Assembly (NCBI GenBank): GCA_044892505.1
Contig: CM097883.1
Coordinates: forward strand, 228,904,001 to 228,968,000
DNA length: 64,000 bases
Direction: 5' to 3'
Source: Schmidtea nova
Taxonomy: Eukaryota
Part shown: piece by piece, positions 21,711 to 33,828 of the stretch
Position numbering within the stretch: the stretch's first letter is position 1
Layout of the letters: each line of letters opens with the position of its first letter
The notes under the pieces: generated by a model
Seen by the model: only the letters and a program-made list of their open reading frames with translations
What the model was told of the DNA's origin: nothing
The model's database searches: none
Made by a program: the position numbers and the translations under genes

Positions 21711-23247
21711 TTAAAGACTCGCTGACAAATTGATAAGAGTGTACAAAGTAGTACTCAGCTGATTTCTATCACAAAGACCCCTATGCCTATTAAAAGACTC
21801 ATTGTTCCTAAAACCGTTTACACACCTAGGACACCACTGGCTACAAATCCTAACAGGAGTGATTGAACTATTCCTACAATTAAGGAATCTATTTAAATCT
21901 GTGATTCCCACATAATGATAAGTATTCTTATTTTCAATTAATAATAAATTTATAGGTATTCCTCCTACTACCTTACTTCGATAAATTATATCAATAAAAG
22001 GATGCTTCAAAACTGCATCTTCATCAGAAATGTCTATCAAGGCCTTTTCGTCATAACTAAGGACATTAATACTAAACCGGGATTTTGATTTTCAAATTTA
22101 TTTATATTTGCCAGTTTCATCGGCATATCATTGGGGTCAAATTTAAGTTGTGTAAGATCGTAGGAAGTAGGACGATTTCTATGTTGTCTATTGACACTTT
22201 CATATTTAATAATCGATAGGAAACTATACAAAAAACAAAAATTGTCATTATTAATTACATTTATAAGACAGCTTAAATTTTTAATGATTTAGGGGTTTTA
22301 ATAAAACTATTGCCACTTAACCGACTTATTTCTGAAAATTTAGTGAGAACAAAACTTATGTACTCTATTTTACTGATAGTCCAATTACTACCTTTTTCAT
22401 TTATTTGAACTATTTTCTCATTTAAATTTGAAATACCTTCGTCAATGAAGGTATCACTCCAAACTCTGGCGGAATTTGAGATGACGAAAGATTGTAACTC
22501 ATCATCTTTCTCAAATTCCACCTTAAGGCAAAATTGAATTTTACATGATTTTAATTTATTAACATAGAAATTTAATTTATTTAACAAAATGTCAAGCACT
22601 GAGACCGTTTTTAATTCTAAATTTGTAACATCTAGTTTTATTATAACATGGTTGTCTTTCAAGTCAGAATTAACTTCGACTAACCCATATCCAATTTGAT
22701 TATTATTTATATTATTATTTAATTGAGAATTTTCATCATCACTGATGATGATTATTTCTTCATCGTCACTGATGGTTATAGTATGAATATTACTACTACT
22801 ATTATTAATATTATTATTAATATCTTCATCATCACTGATGTCGATTATTTGTATTTTTGTAGGAAATGAATCCATATTTGTTGTGTTTTTTCTTTTATTG
22901 ATATTTTGTAAATTATTATTATTATTTGTATTATTATTATTGAGATTATTGTTGTTAATGTTGGCATTTTTATTAATATTATTGTTATTATTATTATTTT
23001 GATTAAAGTTATTATTATTATTATGATTAAAATTAATTTGGTTTTGATTTAAACTCTTAAAAAGTGATTTTTTTGAAGGCATATATTGAGTAAGATGGGA
23101 CCTATGTTTGTTAAAGAATTCTCTATATGATATCGTTTCTATAATTTTACATTTAGGACAGAGGTGGGTGACACCATTATATTTGTAGGAATAGTATTTT
23201 TCCATAATGTGATGGCAATCATTATGTAAAGTACTATTACAGTACAA
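21711..23247 (-). pseudogene. Maverick/Polinton protein-primed DNA polymerase B, N-terminal region
   Basis: GSNWTISKI...LSGNSFIKTPKSL, P.....INKFENQN, INLLLI....HYVGI.DLNRFL and C.RC...F...ESF.RH...C are typical of pPolB N-termini. The region is fragmented into three ORFs. Confidence 0.7.
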
Positions 23248-23359
23248 TGGATAATCTGTACCTTTAAAATAATGATAAAATAATTATAAAATAATTATAA
23301 AATAATTGAAAAATAAACATAAGTTTAACCTATTATTAAATTATTAACATTTTGGTTAC

Positions 23360-24019
23360 TTAAATATCCGTGCTTTCGTCCACAATCAATGTATGGAAGG
23401 CAGATTCACGGATTTCAGTCGTGATGGTCTCTTGTACAACCGCATTGATGCATTCCACGAATTCAAATGCATAATTTTTGCTTCTCCAGCTTTCTGGAAT
23501 GGAAACGTACTTCGCCATATGATCATGAATTTCTTGTGCCGAAAGCATTGAAGAATTCATCGAAATTGCTAGCAATACATTGTCTATTAATATTTTTACT
23601 TGCTCGCCTGTTCGTTGTCGATCATTAAGGTCAATTCGCAGCTGCCTTTCAACGATGGACTCATTCATCAGAGTTTTAATACCAGTTCCAGAATTCAATC
23701 TTTTTATTTTTGCCAACGAATCCAAATGAATCTGTTGGGTAAGATGTCTTTTCAAATAATCAATTTTCCAATGCTCCCAAAATTTACCCACAGCAAAATC
23801 GCTTTAAGATTTTGCTTCTGAGCATATTTTACATACCACACCCTCCTCCATAGAAAAGCTAAAAATGCTCCCCATTTCAACACATTTGGTTTCTTTCGAT
23901 TCAATAGTTTCCGTTTTAATTAATTCTTTCAGCCATGACAGTTTAAAAGTAGCGGCAGATCGTTTCCGTGGTGTTTTTAACGCAAATAGTTTATCTTCGT
24001 CCAATTTTCGTTTTGACAT
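23360..24019 (-). pseudogene. hAT transposase 5' fragment (zinc finger to first catalytic Asp)
   Basis: FKLSWL...CKIC...LKRH.....H followed by HTLIVDESTDI. The two ORFs are in frame across one TAA, and the sequence is truncated after DESTDI. Confidence 0.75.
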
Positions 24020-24787
24020 TATATTTTATGGGGATTAAAAAATACAAAATTAATATTTAATATTGGTCTATATATTTAAAACTATAAGATGTACACCGAT
24101 AAAAATGCGTATAATTGACTCCCGAGCCGACTAGATGCAACGAAATAACACTCATAATGGTGGTTTGTGCTTAGGCCAAACTCGTCCACTCCGCAATAGA
24201 TTCTGCCCAAGCCCACAACCTTTAAAATATATTTAAAATTGAATTATGGCATCTTAGATTTTAAACGCATTATTCAGCTACAGCATATATTGATTGTGAA
24301 GGGGGTCTGGGAATGATCTTCATGGCATATACAAGAAGACATCATCTGAGCAACAGTGGCATTACGGTCTTCGGGTCAAGCATATAAATATCATTATTGG
24401 ACTAAATGCACTGAACATTAACATTTCATGTGAATATTTAAGAGATGGTAGAGCTGCCGATGGTTGGCCGACACGGAATTGATGCTACCGAGCTACCTCT
24501 CTAGTTAAATAATGTTCTGCTTCCTGCTATGGGGGCAAGAGTGATCCCTGATACACAGAACGCATGTTTGTTAGACTTCCCGTGAGACTGCAACTTAACG
24601 AAAAGGATAATGGTGCACGCACTTGATCTATTTGAGATTATCGTAAACATTGTATTCTATACCGACTGTAGCGAAAATGTTGAAAACTAAGTAGATAATC
24701 GGTTTTCGCTGCTGGTGATCCATTTACATCGACAATTTCCGTGAGCTTTTTACTGGGAACAACTGCCCTGAAACACTTGAATTAAAT

Positions 24788-25036
24788 TTACTGCGCTGAA
24801 AATAATTTTGCTGCGCGGGGGTGTTGGAGGTGCTGCGCGCGCGCACGCGCGCAGCTTAGAGGGAACGTTGGTTCTGAATTGTGTGAAATTATATTCATTT
24901 TGGGAAAATTTTCGGTAATTAATTTTTTCGGAGGTGCGAAACTCGTTTTAGATGGAATTAATGTTTCACGATTCTTTTTAATAACTTTTCTTAGTTTTGA
25001 TAGCTTTGGATGTTTAGCTCGTGCTTTAAGTCTCAT
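24788..25036 (-). CDS. small basic ORF downstream of the Maverick ATPase
   Basis: Lys/Arg-rich 82 aa. It occupies the same position relative to the ATPase as the basic ORF at 59560-59770. Confidence 0.35.
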   Translation of the reverse strand: MRLKARAKHPKLSKLRKVIKKNRETLIPSKTSFAPPKKLITENFPKMNIISHNSEPTFPLSCARARAQHLQHPRAAKLFSAQ

Positions 25037-25056
25037 GATTAATTTCGAACACGAAT

Positions 25057-25336
25057 TTAACTTTGTTTATAAACCATTGCTCCTTCTTTGTTAAAAATAT
25101 CAGTTCTAAAACGTAATTCATCACTACATTGTTGAGTAAAATCGAGAAAAATATATCCATGTGGGATTTTAGTTGCATCTTGAAATGCATTGATCAAGAA
25201 ATTCCGATTATTAGGGTAAGCCTGTCTTGCAAGAAAATCAATAACTGTAGCATCTCTAGGATTTTTAAAAATAATTAGATATTGAACATTCAAATTTCGA
25301 GTTCGATGACTACCACCCTGATGAAATAAATTCTGA
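25057..25336 (-). pseudogene. Maverick/Polinton packaging ATPase, C-terminal part (5' part falls in an N-gap)
   Basis: QNLFHQG...NLNVQYLIIFKNPRD...LARQAYP...QDATKIPHGYIFLD. Confidence 0.8.
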
Positions 25337-27647
25337 NNNNNNNNNNNNNNNNNNNNNNNNNNNNNNNNNNNNNNNNNNNNNNNNNNNNNNNNNNNNNNNN
25401 NNNNNNNNNNNNNNNNNNNNNNNNNNNNNNNNNNNNNNNNNNNNNNNNNNNNNNNNNNNNNNNNNNNNNNNNNNNNNNNNNNNNNNNNNNNNNNNNNNNN
25501 NNNNNNNNNNNNNNNNNNNNNNNNNNNNNNNNNNNNNNNNNNNNNNNNNNNNNNNNNNNNNNNNNNNNNNNNNNNNNNNNNNNNNNNNNNNNNNNNNNNN
25601 NANNNNNNNNNNNNNNNNNNNNNNNNNNNNNNNNNNNNNNNNNNNNNNNNNNNNNNNNNNNNNNNNNNNNNNNNNNNNNNNNNNNNNNNNNNNNNNNNNN
25701 NNNNNNNNNNNNNNNNNNNNNNNNNNNNNNNNNNNNNNNNNNNNNNNNNNNNNNNNNNNNNNNNNNNNNNNNNNNNNNNNNNNNNNNNNNNNNNNNNNNN
25801 NNNNNNNNNNNNNNNNNNNNNNNNNNNNNNNNNNNNNNNNNNNNNNNNNNNNNNNNNNNNNNNNNNNNNNNTTGCATTTATGTTAGCAGTATTCATACCA
25901 TTAATATTACTATTATTGTTATTATCATTATGAATATTAACAGTAGGAAGTTTTCGATTATATTATTCACATCATTGAGAACTATTATTTATACTAAAGC
26001 TATTAAAAAAACAATATTAATATGAAACATTTTTATTAAAAAACACAAAATGATGAATATCAAATGTTTATTAGAAAAAAAATAATAAAATAATAATAAC
26101 TTCCATGGTTCATTATTGCAGCATAAATTGGCCACAAAAAGGCATATATACGCATCCAGGAAATTTACAGACTCTTCCAACACAGGTATACAATTTTAAT
26201 ATTGCTTTCAAATACCTAAACCTAGGCCAATTTATGTCCTATGAGTTGATGTGAACCACTTGCAAGAATTTGGTGGTCTACTAGTCGTCTCGGTAACAGC
26301 ATCTTAAGGACGAGGTGTATTGAAATAGAATCATATTGGTTGATTATTATTTGATTATTGTTTGAATGTAGGATTTTCATTTCGAAATGACTTAACTTGA
26401 ACGCCGCCATCTTTATTGATTTTTTTCCCTTTATCATTATCTGTAAATGTACTTCTATTAATGACATAGATAAATATAACAATATATCACCAGAGAAGAA
26501 TATCTCTCATTGAGATTTTGGACGCATAGCTAAGATTTGTTGTCTGGTAGATAAATACTTCCATCTTGACAAACTGGATGTACTCTGAATTAAGTTACTC
26601 TTAAATTATGTGCACCGACAAAGTCAATGTCGTTCCGGTTTCGATAAAACACTGGTCACCTCCAGTAAGTCCACAAATATCTGAACAGGGAACACCATAA
26701 ACTGCTTCGGCATAGCTCCTTATCGTCGGGATTGTTCTTTCGATAATATTTCTACATGAGTCGAACCCATAATTATGAAAAAAAAATTAACTAAAATAAT
26801 AAAAGAATTATGTAAGAAAAAAGAAAATTACCAACCAATCACAAATAAATATGGCATGATTGGCCAGCAGATCTTCCGTTCTGGCAGCACAATTATCTGT
26901 CCCTGTGAAAAAAAACTGACAATTGGCAATGCTGACAAAATCAAAAAATCAGTTAAGTCGGCATTGCCGATCAAATAAATGATTAAAATAAATCGAGCTA
27001 AAAGCTCTGAAATTATTAAATATTATAATTATCGGTTTTGCCGATTTTAAAAATAAATAAATAAACGATTATCGGCAATGCCGAATTATTGTTATTATTA
27101 TTATTAAAATTATTATTATTGTCGTTTTGTTGTTGTTGATATTGAAATTCATTATTATTAAATAAAATCAAAAAATATAAATCAGAATTATTATCACGAT
27201 TAGAAAAAAAATATTATTTTTGTTAAATATAGTTATTATTATAANNNNNNNNNNNNNNNNNNNNNNNNNNNNNNNNNNNNNNNNNNNNNNNNNNNNNNNN
27301 NNNNNNNNNNNNNNNNNNNNNNNNNNNNNNNNNNNNNNNNNNNNNNNNNNNNNNNNNNNNNNNNNNNNNNNNNNNNNNNNNNNNNNNNNNNNNNNNNNAT
27401 TAATGGCATGGCAATATTATTATATTAAATTGTATAATTTTGTAGTTGGTATTGAGATTACTCTAACATNNNNNNNNNNNNNNNNNNNNNNNNNNNNNNN
27501 NNNNNNNNNNNNNNNNNNNNNNNNNNNNNNNNNNNNNNNNNNNNNNNNNNNNNNNNNNNNNNNNNNNNNNNNNNNNNNNNNNNNNNNNNNNNNNNNNNNA
27601 TTTTAATAAATGAAAAGATAGATTCGAGGACGAATCTCAAATAAAAG

Positions 27648-28830
27648 GGGAGGTATGTTGGGATTAGTATAAAAATCACAAAAGTAACAAGAAATAATGG
27701 TAAAAGCAAAGAAATATCAAAATAAATAAAAGTGGCAAAAGTTAATTAAAATTTATCAAAAAATTTAAAATTAATATCCATTGGGAGAAATGGGTATGGT
27801 TGAATACCAAATCTAAAGACGAACCAAAAAATTAATGATAGAAATTTAGTAAGGGCCCCTGAGGTGATACAATTAATATATAAATAAATATAATATTTAT
27901 ATTAAATATAAATTAAATATATATTAAGTATATATTAAATGTATACATGGTTGTAATATATATTTTATTATATAAATAAAAAAGAAAAGAAATTGTTTAA
28001 AAAAACTGTATATAAAGAAATACGTTTGTTTTAAATATGCTGTAGTTTAAAAATATACTTTTCTTGTTGTTGAATTTATTTTTATATATAATCCAGTTAG
28101 ACTATGAATACATCTGATTTTAAGTTTTTCAATAAATGAGCACTGATGATGTTCACACTACTGATCTATCATTAGCAGATTGCATCAATTATAGTGGAAA
28201 ATATGCGAAAATAATTGCCAAATCTGCTGGTCGTTATCAAACAAACGATTTAGAAAAGTACATTGTCCGATTGTTGGGCGATTAGCATGCTCTCTAATGA
28301 TGCACTGTCGAAATAATGAGGAAGGGATAAAAACAAACAATATCATTAAACATGTGTTTGAACTGATTTATTTGATGACCCGAGCAAATCAAATCCAAGT
28401 GATGGTTAACGCAAATATTTCAATTATGTTTCACAAAAAGAATACCGCTTTGGTACTGTTTGCAAATCACCCACAAGCTATGTAGGCAGTTCGAAATCTT
28501 GATGCCTGTTTCCTTCGGGGCAAACAAATTCATTTACATGTATCGAAAACCAATGTCATCCAATTACCGATGGACGATGCCAATCACGCAAATATCACAG
28601 CCCCCAGAGAAAGTTAGAGTAAAACTAAACTAATTAAGATTAATTAATCGCTCAATAAGAAGCCGAGACAATGGGAAACCATAGCGATGAAGGAAACCCG
28701 AGCCCAGTAGAGACCCGTGAGATCCAAGGCAAGAGATTGCGCAGGGCAATTAACGATAATCCATCCAAGTACAAACATAAAAATTTGTTTATGGAATAAT
28801 TAAGCCAAAGATTGGGTAACTTTTTGGTTG
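27648..28830 (+). repeat. LTR-like repeat, family A (copy 2), interrupted by a 740-bp insert
   Basis: PPT aaggggagg then TGTTGGG at 27656. It is colinear with the uninterrupted copy at 47.2-47.76 kb except for 27860-28599. Confidence 0.6.
28400..28599 (+). pseudogene. PTB/hnRNP L-like RRM (third RRM) fragment
   Basis: IMFHKKNTALVLFANHPQAM*AVRNLDACFLRGKQIHLHVSKTNVIQLP resembles PTB [49 protein letters not shown]. One in-frame stop. Confidence 0.7.
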
Positions 28831-28984
28831 TTGATGAAATTTATTTTTGACATTAGCGATTAACTGAGAGATTAACTAACAGAAAGTTATTAAAATTTAT
28901 TGAAATTAACCAAGAGAGAGAAAAGAGAGAACTTGCAAAATTCGAAAAATACAATAAACGATCGAAATTTTTCATGATTCCACT

Positions 28985-31455
28985 CAAACAAGAGTTCACG
29001 TTGACTTTCAAAATTGCTCAAACCATGACACCTATTTTAGGAGCAGATTTCTTGGCCCACTTTGACATATTAGTAGACTGCAAAAGAAATCGACTGCTAA
29101 CTGATTAAAATAAATCAGAGGAAAGTGGCACCTCAATAGTCAACGTTATCGGATAGAATACTGTCAACATTCCCATAAGTGTGGAGAAAGCATTATTGAA
29201 TATATTTCCGAATTGCGTGGCAAGATCAACAACAATGAACGATATGAGGAAAGCAGAACATCACATTCCAACCATAGCAACAGCACCGATTACTTGTAAA
29301 GTCAGAGAACTGAATTCTGAAAGAAGGAAAGTGGCAGAAGAAGAGTTCAGGCAGCTAGAAAGAGACGGAGTAATTAGGCGATCAGACTTAGAGTGGCCTT
29401 CACCTTTACATATTGTAACAAAGAAAAACGGATCTATTCGACCATGCGGAGACTACCGAGCATTAAACAGACTCACAAATCAGATGCTTATCCAATGCCT
29501 TTAATATCAGACATATTACATAGATTTAGTGAGTGCAAAGTATTCTCAAAAATTTACCTAAAGAAGGCTTATCACCAGTTACGGGTAGCGGAAAAGGATA
29601 TCGGAAAAACAGCCGTGGCAACTCCGTTTGGATTATTAGAGTTTTTACGAATGTCGTTTGGTTAAAAGAATGCATCTCAGTCGTTCCAAAGTTACATAGA
29701 TAAAGTATTATGTGACTCATATTTTGCGGTTGCTTATGTGGATGATGTGATAATAGCTTCTCAGAATTATTCCGAACACGAGAGTCATATAATGAACATT
29801 TTAGAGAAATTGCATGATAACAAAATGCAAATTAACATGGAAAAATGTCAATTTTTTAAAAGTGAAATCAAAATTAGCACAGATTCAAACACTGGCATTC
29901 CCGGATACCAAAGCAGAAGTATTTTTGCCAACTGATGCGTCTGACCTAGCAATTGGAGCCGTGTTACATCAAACAATAGACGAATAAATTCGACCAATAG
30001 AATTCTTCTCAAGAAAATTGTCACCTACCCAGGTTCGATATTCAGAAGCCATAAAACACTTTTCCTACATGCTAGAAGGAAAAACATTTACAATATTTAC
30101 AGGCCCAAACCTTTAGTTCATGCGTTAGAGGTGAAGAAACCTTCTCCTCGTCAACAACGTCAAATTTCATTGTTATCCGAATTTAATCTTAATATTAAAT
30201 ATACCGCAGGCAAAGATAACGTAGTAGCAGATTGTCTATCAAGATCTTCGATAAATGCTATTCCATTCCAAGGAGATCTCAACAATAACCGAATCAGAGC
30301 AAAGCCTCCTGAGAAGGCAGATGTATAAAGGTTTAAGAAGGTCATTGAAGAAGATGAAATATTTTACGATATGTCAATATCTGTGATGGCTAGGCCAATT
30401 TTATCTAAAGAACTAAGGAAGGAAGTATTCCAAACAGTACATCAACATCATCTCCTGGAGTCAATCTAACTTGTCAGCTGGCAAAGGTCAGAGCATGTTG
30501 GCCTGGAATGAAGAAAAATATTCAAGAGTGGTGCCGCAGTTGCGTCGAGTGTCAATCAAATAAAATTTACAAGCGATTAAAGCCCCAAATACAGAATTTT
30601 CCCACAGGAAATAGATTTGAAGTTCTGCATGTGGATATTGTGGGACCACTACCACCATCGGAAGGATTCACTTATATATTAACCATGATGGAGAGGTGTT
30701 CTCGTTGGCCGGAAGCAGTTCCAGTTATGTCAATATCGGCAAAACCTATTGCAAAAGTCATAATAAACACGTGGTTTGCAAGGTATGGAAATCAAAATCA
30801 TATTATAACCGATCAAGGGACCCAATTTGAGAGTAATATTTTTAATAATTTAGTTAAGATTTTGGAGTAAAGCACATACATACAACTGCGTATCATCTGC
30901 AATCAAATGGACTGATTGAAAGATTTCATTGTTCTTTGAAGACGTCATTAAAATGCATGGCACAGAAGTGCAGATGGACAAAAACCTTACCAATGGTACT
31001 ACTCGGATAGAGAAACTCTCCACACGCACCAACCAACATATCACCGGTGCAAATGTTATTTGGTAGCGGTACCATGCTACCAGGAGATATATTCTCAGCT
31101 TCTGGTGAAATAGAGTGAGAGGCACTAGAAGAGGCTCGTCGAAATTACAATACACAGAATACCAATCCAAATCTAAGATATCCTAAAGCAGATAAAAGAA
31201 ACGTTCCGTGAAATTAGACATCGACGAAACTGGTATGGCTAGAAGCACCGGAAGTGCATCACTTGAAACCAAGATACAGTGGGCCGTATAAAGTCGTGTC
31301 AATACAAGAAAACACTGTAACAATAAGCAAAGACTCAAAAGAAGTTACAGTAAATATGCAAAGAGTAAAACCTGACATAATCTAAGAAGAAAGAAGCAAA
31401 AATTCATATGAAGTGATTGAAGAAGATGGCGGCTCCGCTTAAAACAAAGGGGTTA
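28985..31455 (+). mobile_element. decayed Ty3/gypsy pol (PR tail, RT, RNase H, integrase) with PPT
   Basis: ILGADFL, SPLHIVTKK...CGDYRALN, YHQ...TPFGL, YVDD, TDASDLAIGAVL, NVVADCLSR, HVDIVGPLP, TDQGTQFES and YSGPY, with many frameshifts and stops. PPT aaaacaaagggg lies before the LTR. Confidence 0.92.
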
Positions 31456-31620
31456 TGTAGTGTTTTAGTATTATATAATTAAATGATATTGTAGAAATAT
31501 ATTACAATTATATTTGTTTAAATAAAGAGATAAAGAGAAAAAGGAGAAATTAGAATTTGGAAAGAACCAAAGTTATTATATAAATAAATTTTTGAATATC
31601 TTGTATTCGAATTTATAACA
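31456..31620 (+). repeat. 165-bp 3' LTR (TGT...ACA)
   Basis: Follows the PPT, starts TGTAGTG and ends TATAACA. Confidence 0.85.
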
Positions 31621-31772
31621 CCAACCCTCTATATTCAATAATAAACAAAATAAAACAATTAAAACAGGTTTATGTTAAAAATACAAATAAATATTCTGTA
31701 TTATATTTTATATATAATTTGTAATTTTATTTTCATAATATTTAGCCGACAGTAATCTAATTTAATTTCTAG

Positions 31773-31910
31773 GATTAGAATTTCTCGAAACTTCAGCGAA
31801 GGAAAATATAAATGTAAAAACGGTTTTCGAACGATTAGTAGATATTATTTGTGACAAAATGTCAGAGAGTTTAGAGGCTGATCATTCAGTTGGTAAAAGC
31901 TCTAATTCGG
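31773..31910 (+). pseudogene. inverted duplicate of Rab3 exon 4
   Basis: [45 protein letters not shown] with intact AG and GT flanks. No exons 1-3 are present on this strand. Confidence 0.9.
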
Positions 31911-32737
31911 GTTAGTTAAAATTAGAAGTATTTTTATCGAACAATTTTGCAGGAAAACATCATTTGCAAACTCGTAGATAACACAATTGTTATGATAACG
32001 AATTGAAATAAATTTCAATATACCATAATGCATGTTCATTTAACACGATAACCATTCTTTATGATATAACTTGGATAAGTTTCCTGTCTGTAACTATCTG
32101 CTAGTTTTGAACGTAACTGGTAGATAATAATTATTTCACCTTTTATTTCTGCGAGAAAAGTAACGACCTCTCGAAGATTTAGACCACACTGACAATGCAA
32201 ATTAGATTAGCAGCGTTTATTTATCAATCGCCATGCAAGATTTTCTTACTTTCTCGTGTTTATAATCTTTTGACATAAATGAACTTCAAATCTGACTTCA
32301 ATTGTTCTAAATAAAATGACCAATAATATTCAAACTGTTTTACAATATCATTTCTACAATTCTGATCTAAATTTTCACTGAGATGCATATTTACGGCTAT
32401 TACTTCTTTTACAATTTTTTTGAATCTTATTGGTAATTAATATTAATCTTAGAACACTTTCAGTATCCACAATGGTGTAACATTCTTAGTTTTTTAAAAT
32501 CTTTTTCTTCAGGGTTCCTTTAAGGAAACCGACATAATATGGCAAAATGATCTGTTAATCCTTTAATCATCTGTTATCCGTTAATTTCTCCACTGTCAGA
32601 ATTGAATGTTGTTTTCTATTTTACGAAGATTCACCGGGTAAGCAATTATCTTATTAGTTTATCCTTCTATAATAAAGTTTAGTGAAATCTAACACTTAGT
32701 GATAAAAAGTTTTGTATTTTAGTGATAAAAATTTTGT

Positions 32738-32755
32738 ATCCCACTTCTGACACCA
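32738..32755 (-). promoter_or_regulatory. orphan primer-binding site, tRNA-Leu(CAA)-type
   Basis: TGGTGTCAGAAGTGGGAT, an 18-nt PBS-like sequence. No gag follows it. Confidence 0.65.
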
Positions 32756-32789
32756 TTTTGGTGGTTCTATACCACAAATTGATTTGATT

Positions 32790-33090
32790 ATTAGATAACA
32801 CAAACATTGATGGAGTGAAAACGAAGACTTTCAAAACGATTGAATAAAATTTAAATCATTTTCTAATAAAGAAGTTTGAAACCATCTCGATAAAATGTCA
32901 GTCAAACCACAAGCTTCCATTTTTTTAATTATGTTCCTGTTCGTGATCTTAAGAATATTCAAAAAGCAAAGCTTTGTCTCGTAACTTCTTGGCTCTTCTA
33001 AATAATTGAGAATATTTTGATAATGACCAACAGATATGCCACCATTATAATTCAAATATTCAGCAAATTCATTCGTTGATAATAATTGTA
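32790..33090 (-). pseudogene. PNUTS/PPP1R10-like TFIIS N-terminal domain fragment
   Basis: YLNYNGGISVGHYQNILNYLEEPRSYETKLCFLNILKITNRNIIKKMEACGLTDILSRWFQTSLLENDLNFIQS resembles PNUTS [40 protein letters not shown]...LLNNWL...NNIPLLQQIL (recalled sequence, aligned by eye). Confidence 0.5.
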
Positions 33091-33428
33091 AATTGCAACT
33101 TCACAATATATATTAAAAACAAAACACAATTACAAAATAATATTTTCAAATCCAAAAGATAATTTACCAAAATCTGATTATTTAAACAACCTCGAAATAT
33201 CCAAAAAAAATATCTGATAATTAATATCATAAAACTTTTATAAAGTAAACTTTTTTTATCCACAAATAATAATAAAAAATTTGTACAGAGTTATTTAATA
33301 GTGACATTTAAACATATTTCCTAAATCAAAATCACATATAATCTGCTTCAATACAAAATTTGTAGAATGATAAAATATCGAAAATTAATGTCAAGGCATA
33401 ACATAAAGATAAATTTCAATTAATGTTT

Positions 33429-33828
33429 TTATTTATTAATTGGAGAACAAGAATTTTGTGAATCCTCTTGCGAAAAGTCAAAGCAGTTTTCCATCCATTC
33501 TGCATCACATTGAGGAGGTGACTTTTTAAGATGTTCAGAATTATAATGATCTTTGAAATAGCTTTTACTGTTTTTTCTTTTTGAAAAATAATCTACTACA
33601 GTTGGGGCAAATTTGAAACAATTCATTTTCTTTACTATGTTCAGCCTGAGTATATGAATGAGCTAAAAGTTCAAATGAGTTATTTAAAACTGCTTCACAG
33701 TATGAACATTGAGAAGGCTTTTCGTTCCAATCAGTATTGATTAAAGTATCCAATTCATCTACAGACTTGATTATCAGTTGTTCATAATCTATATCGCTAT
33801 TATGAGCAATTTCCAACTTTTCCCACAA
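33429..33828 (-). pseudogene. two C2H2-like zinc fingers, frameshifted
   Basis: CSYC-x12-H..H and CPNC...(frameshift)...DHYNSEH. Confidence 0.45.

Noticed and set aside
24300-24780. GC-richer stretch with RLPVRL, reminiscent of a Helitron helicase motif
   Set aside because: No other helicase motifs occur in any frame; left unassigned.
26200-26770. Coding-like decayed sequence on the minus strand upstream of the Maverick ATPase
   Set aside because: It has multiple stops and no recognisable motif, so it cannot be assigned without a search.
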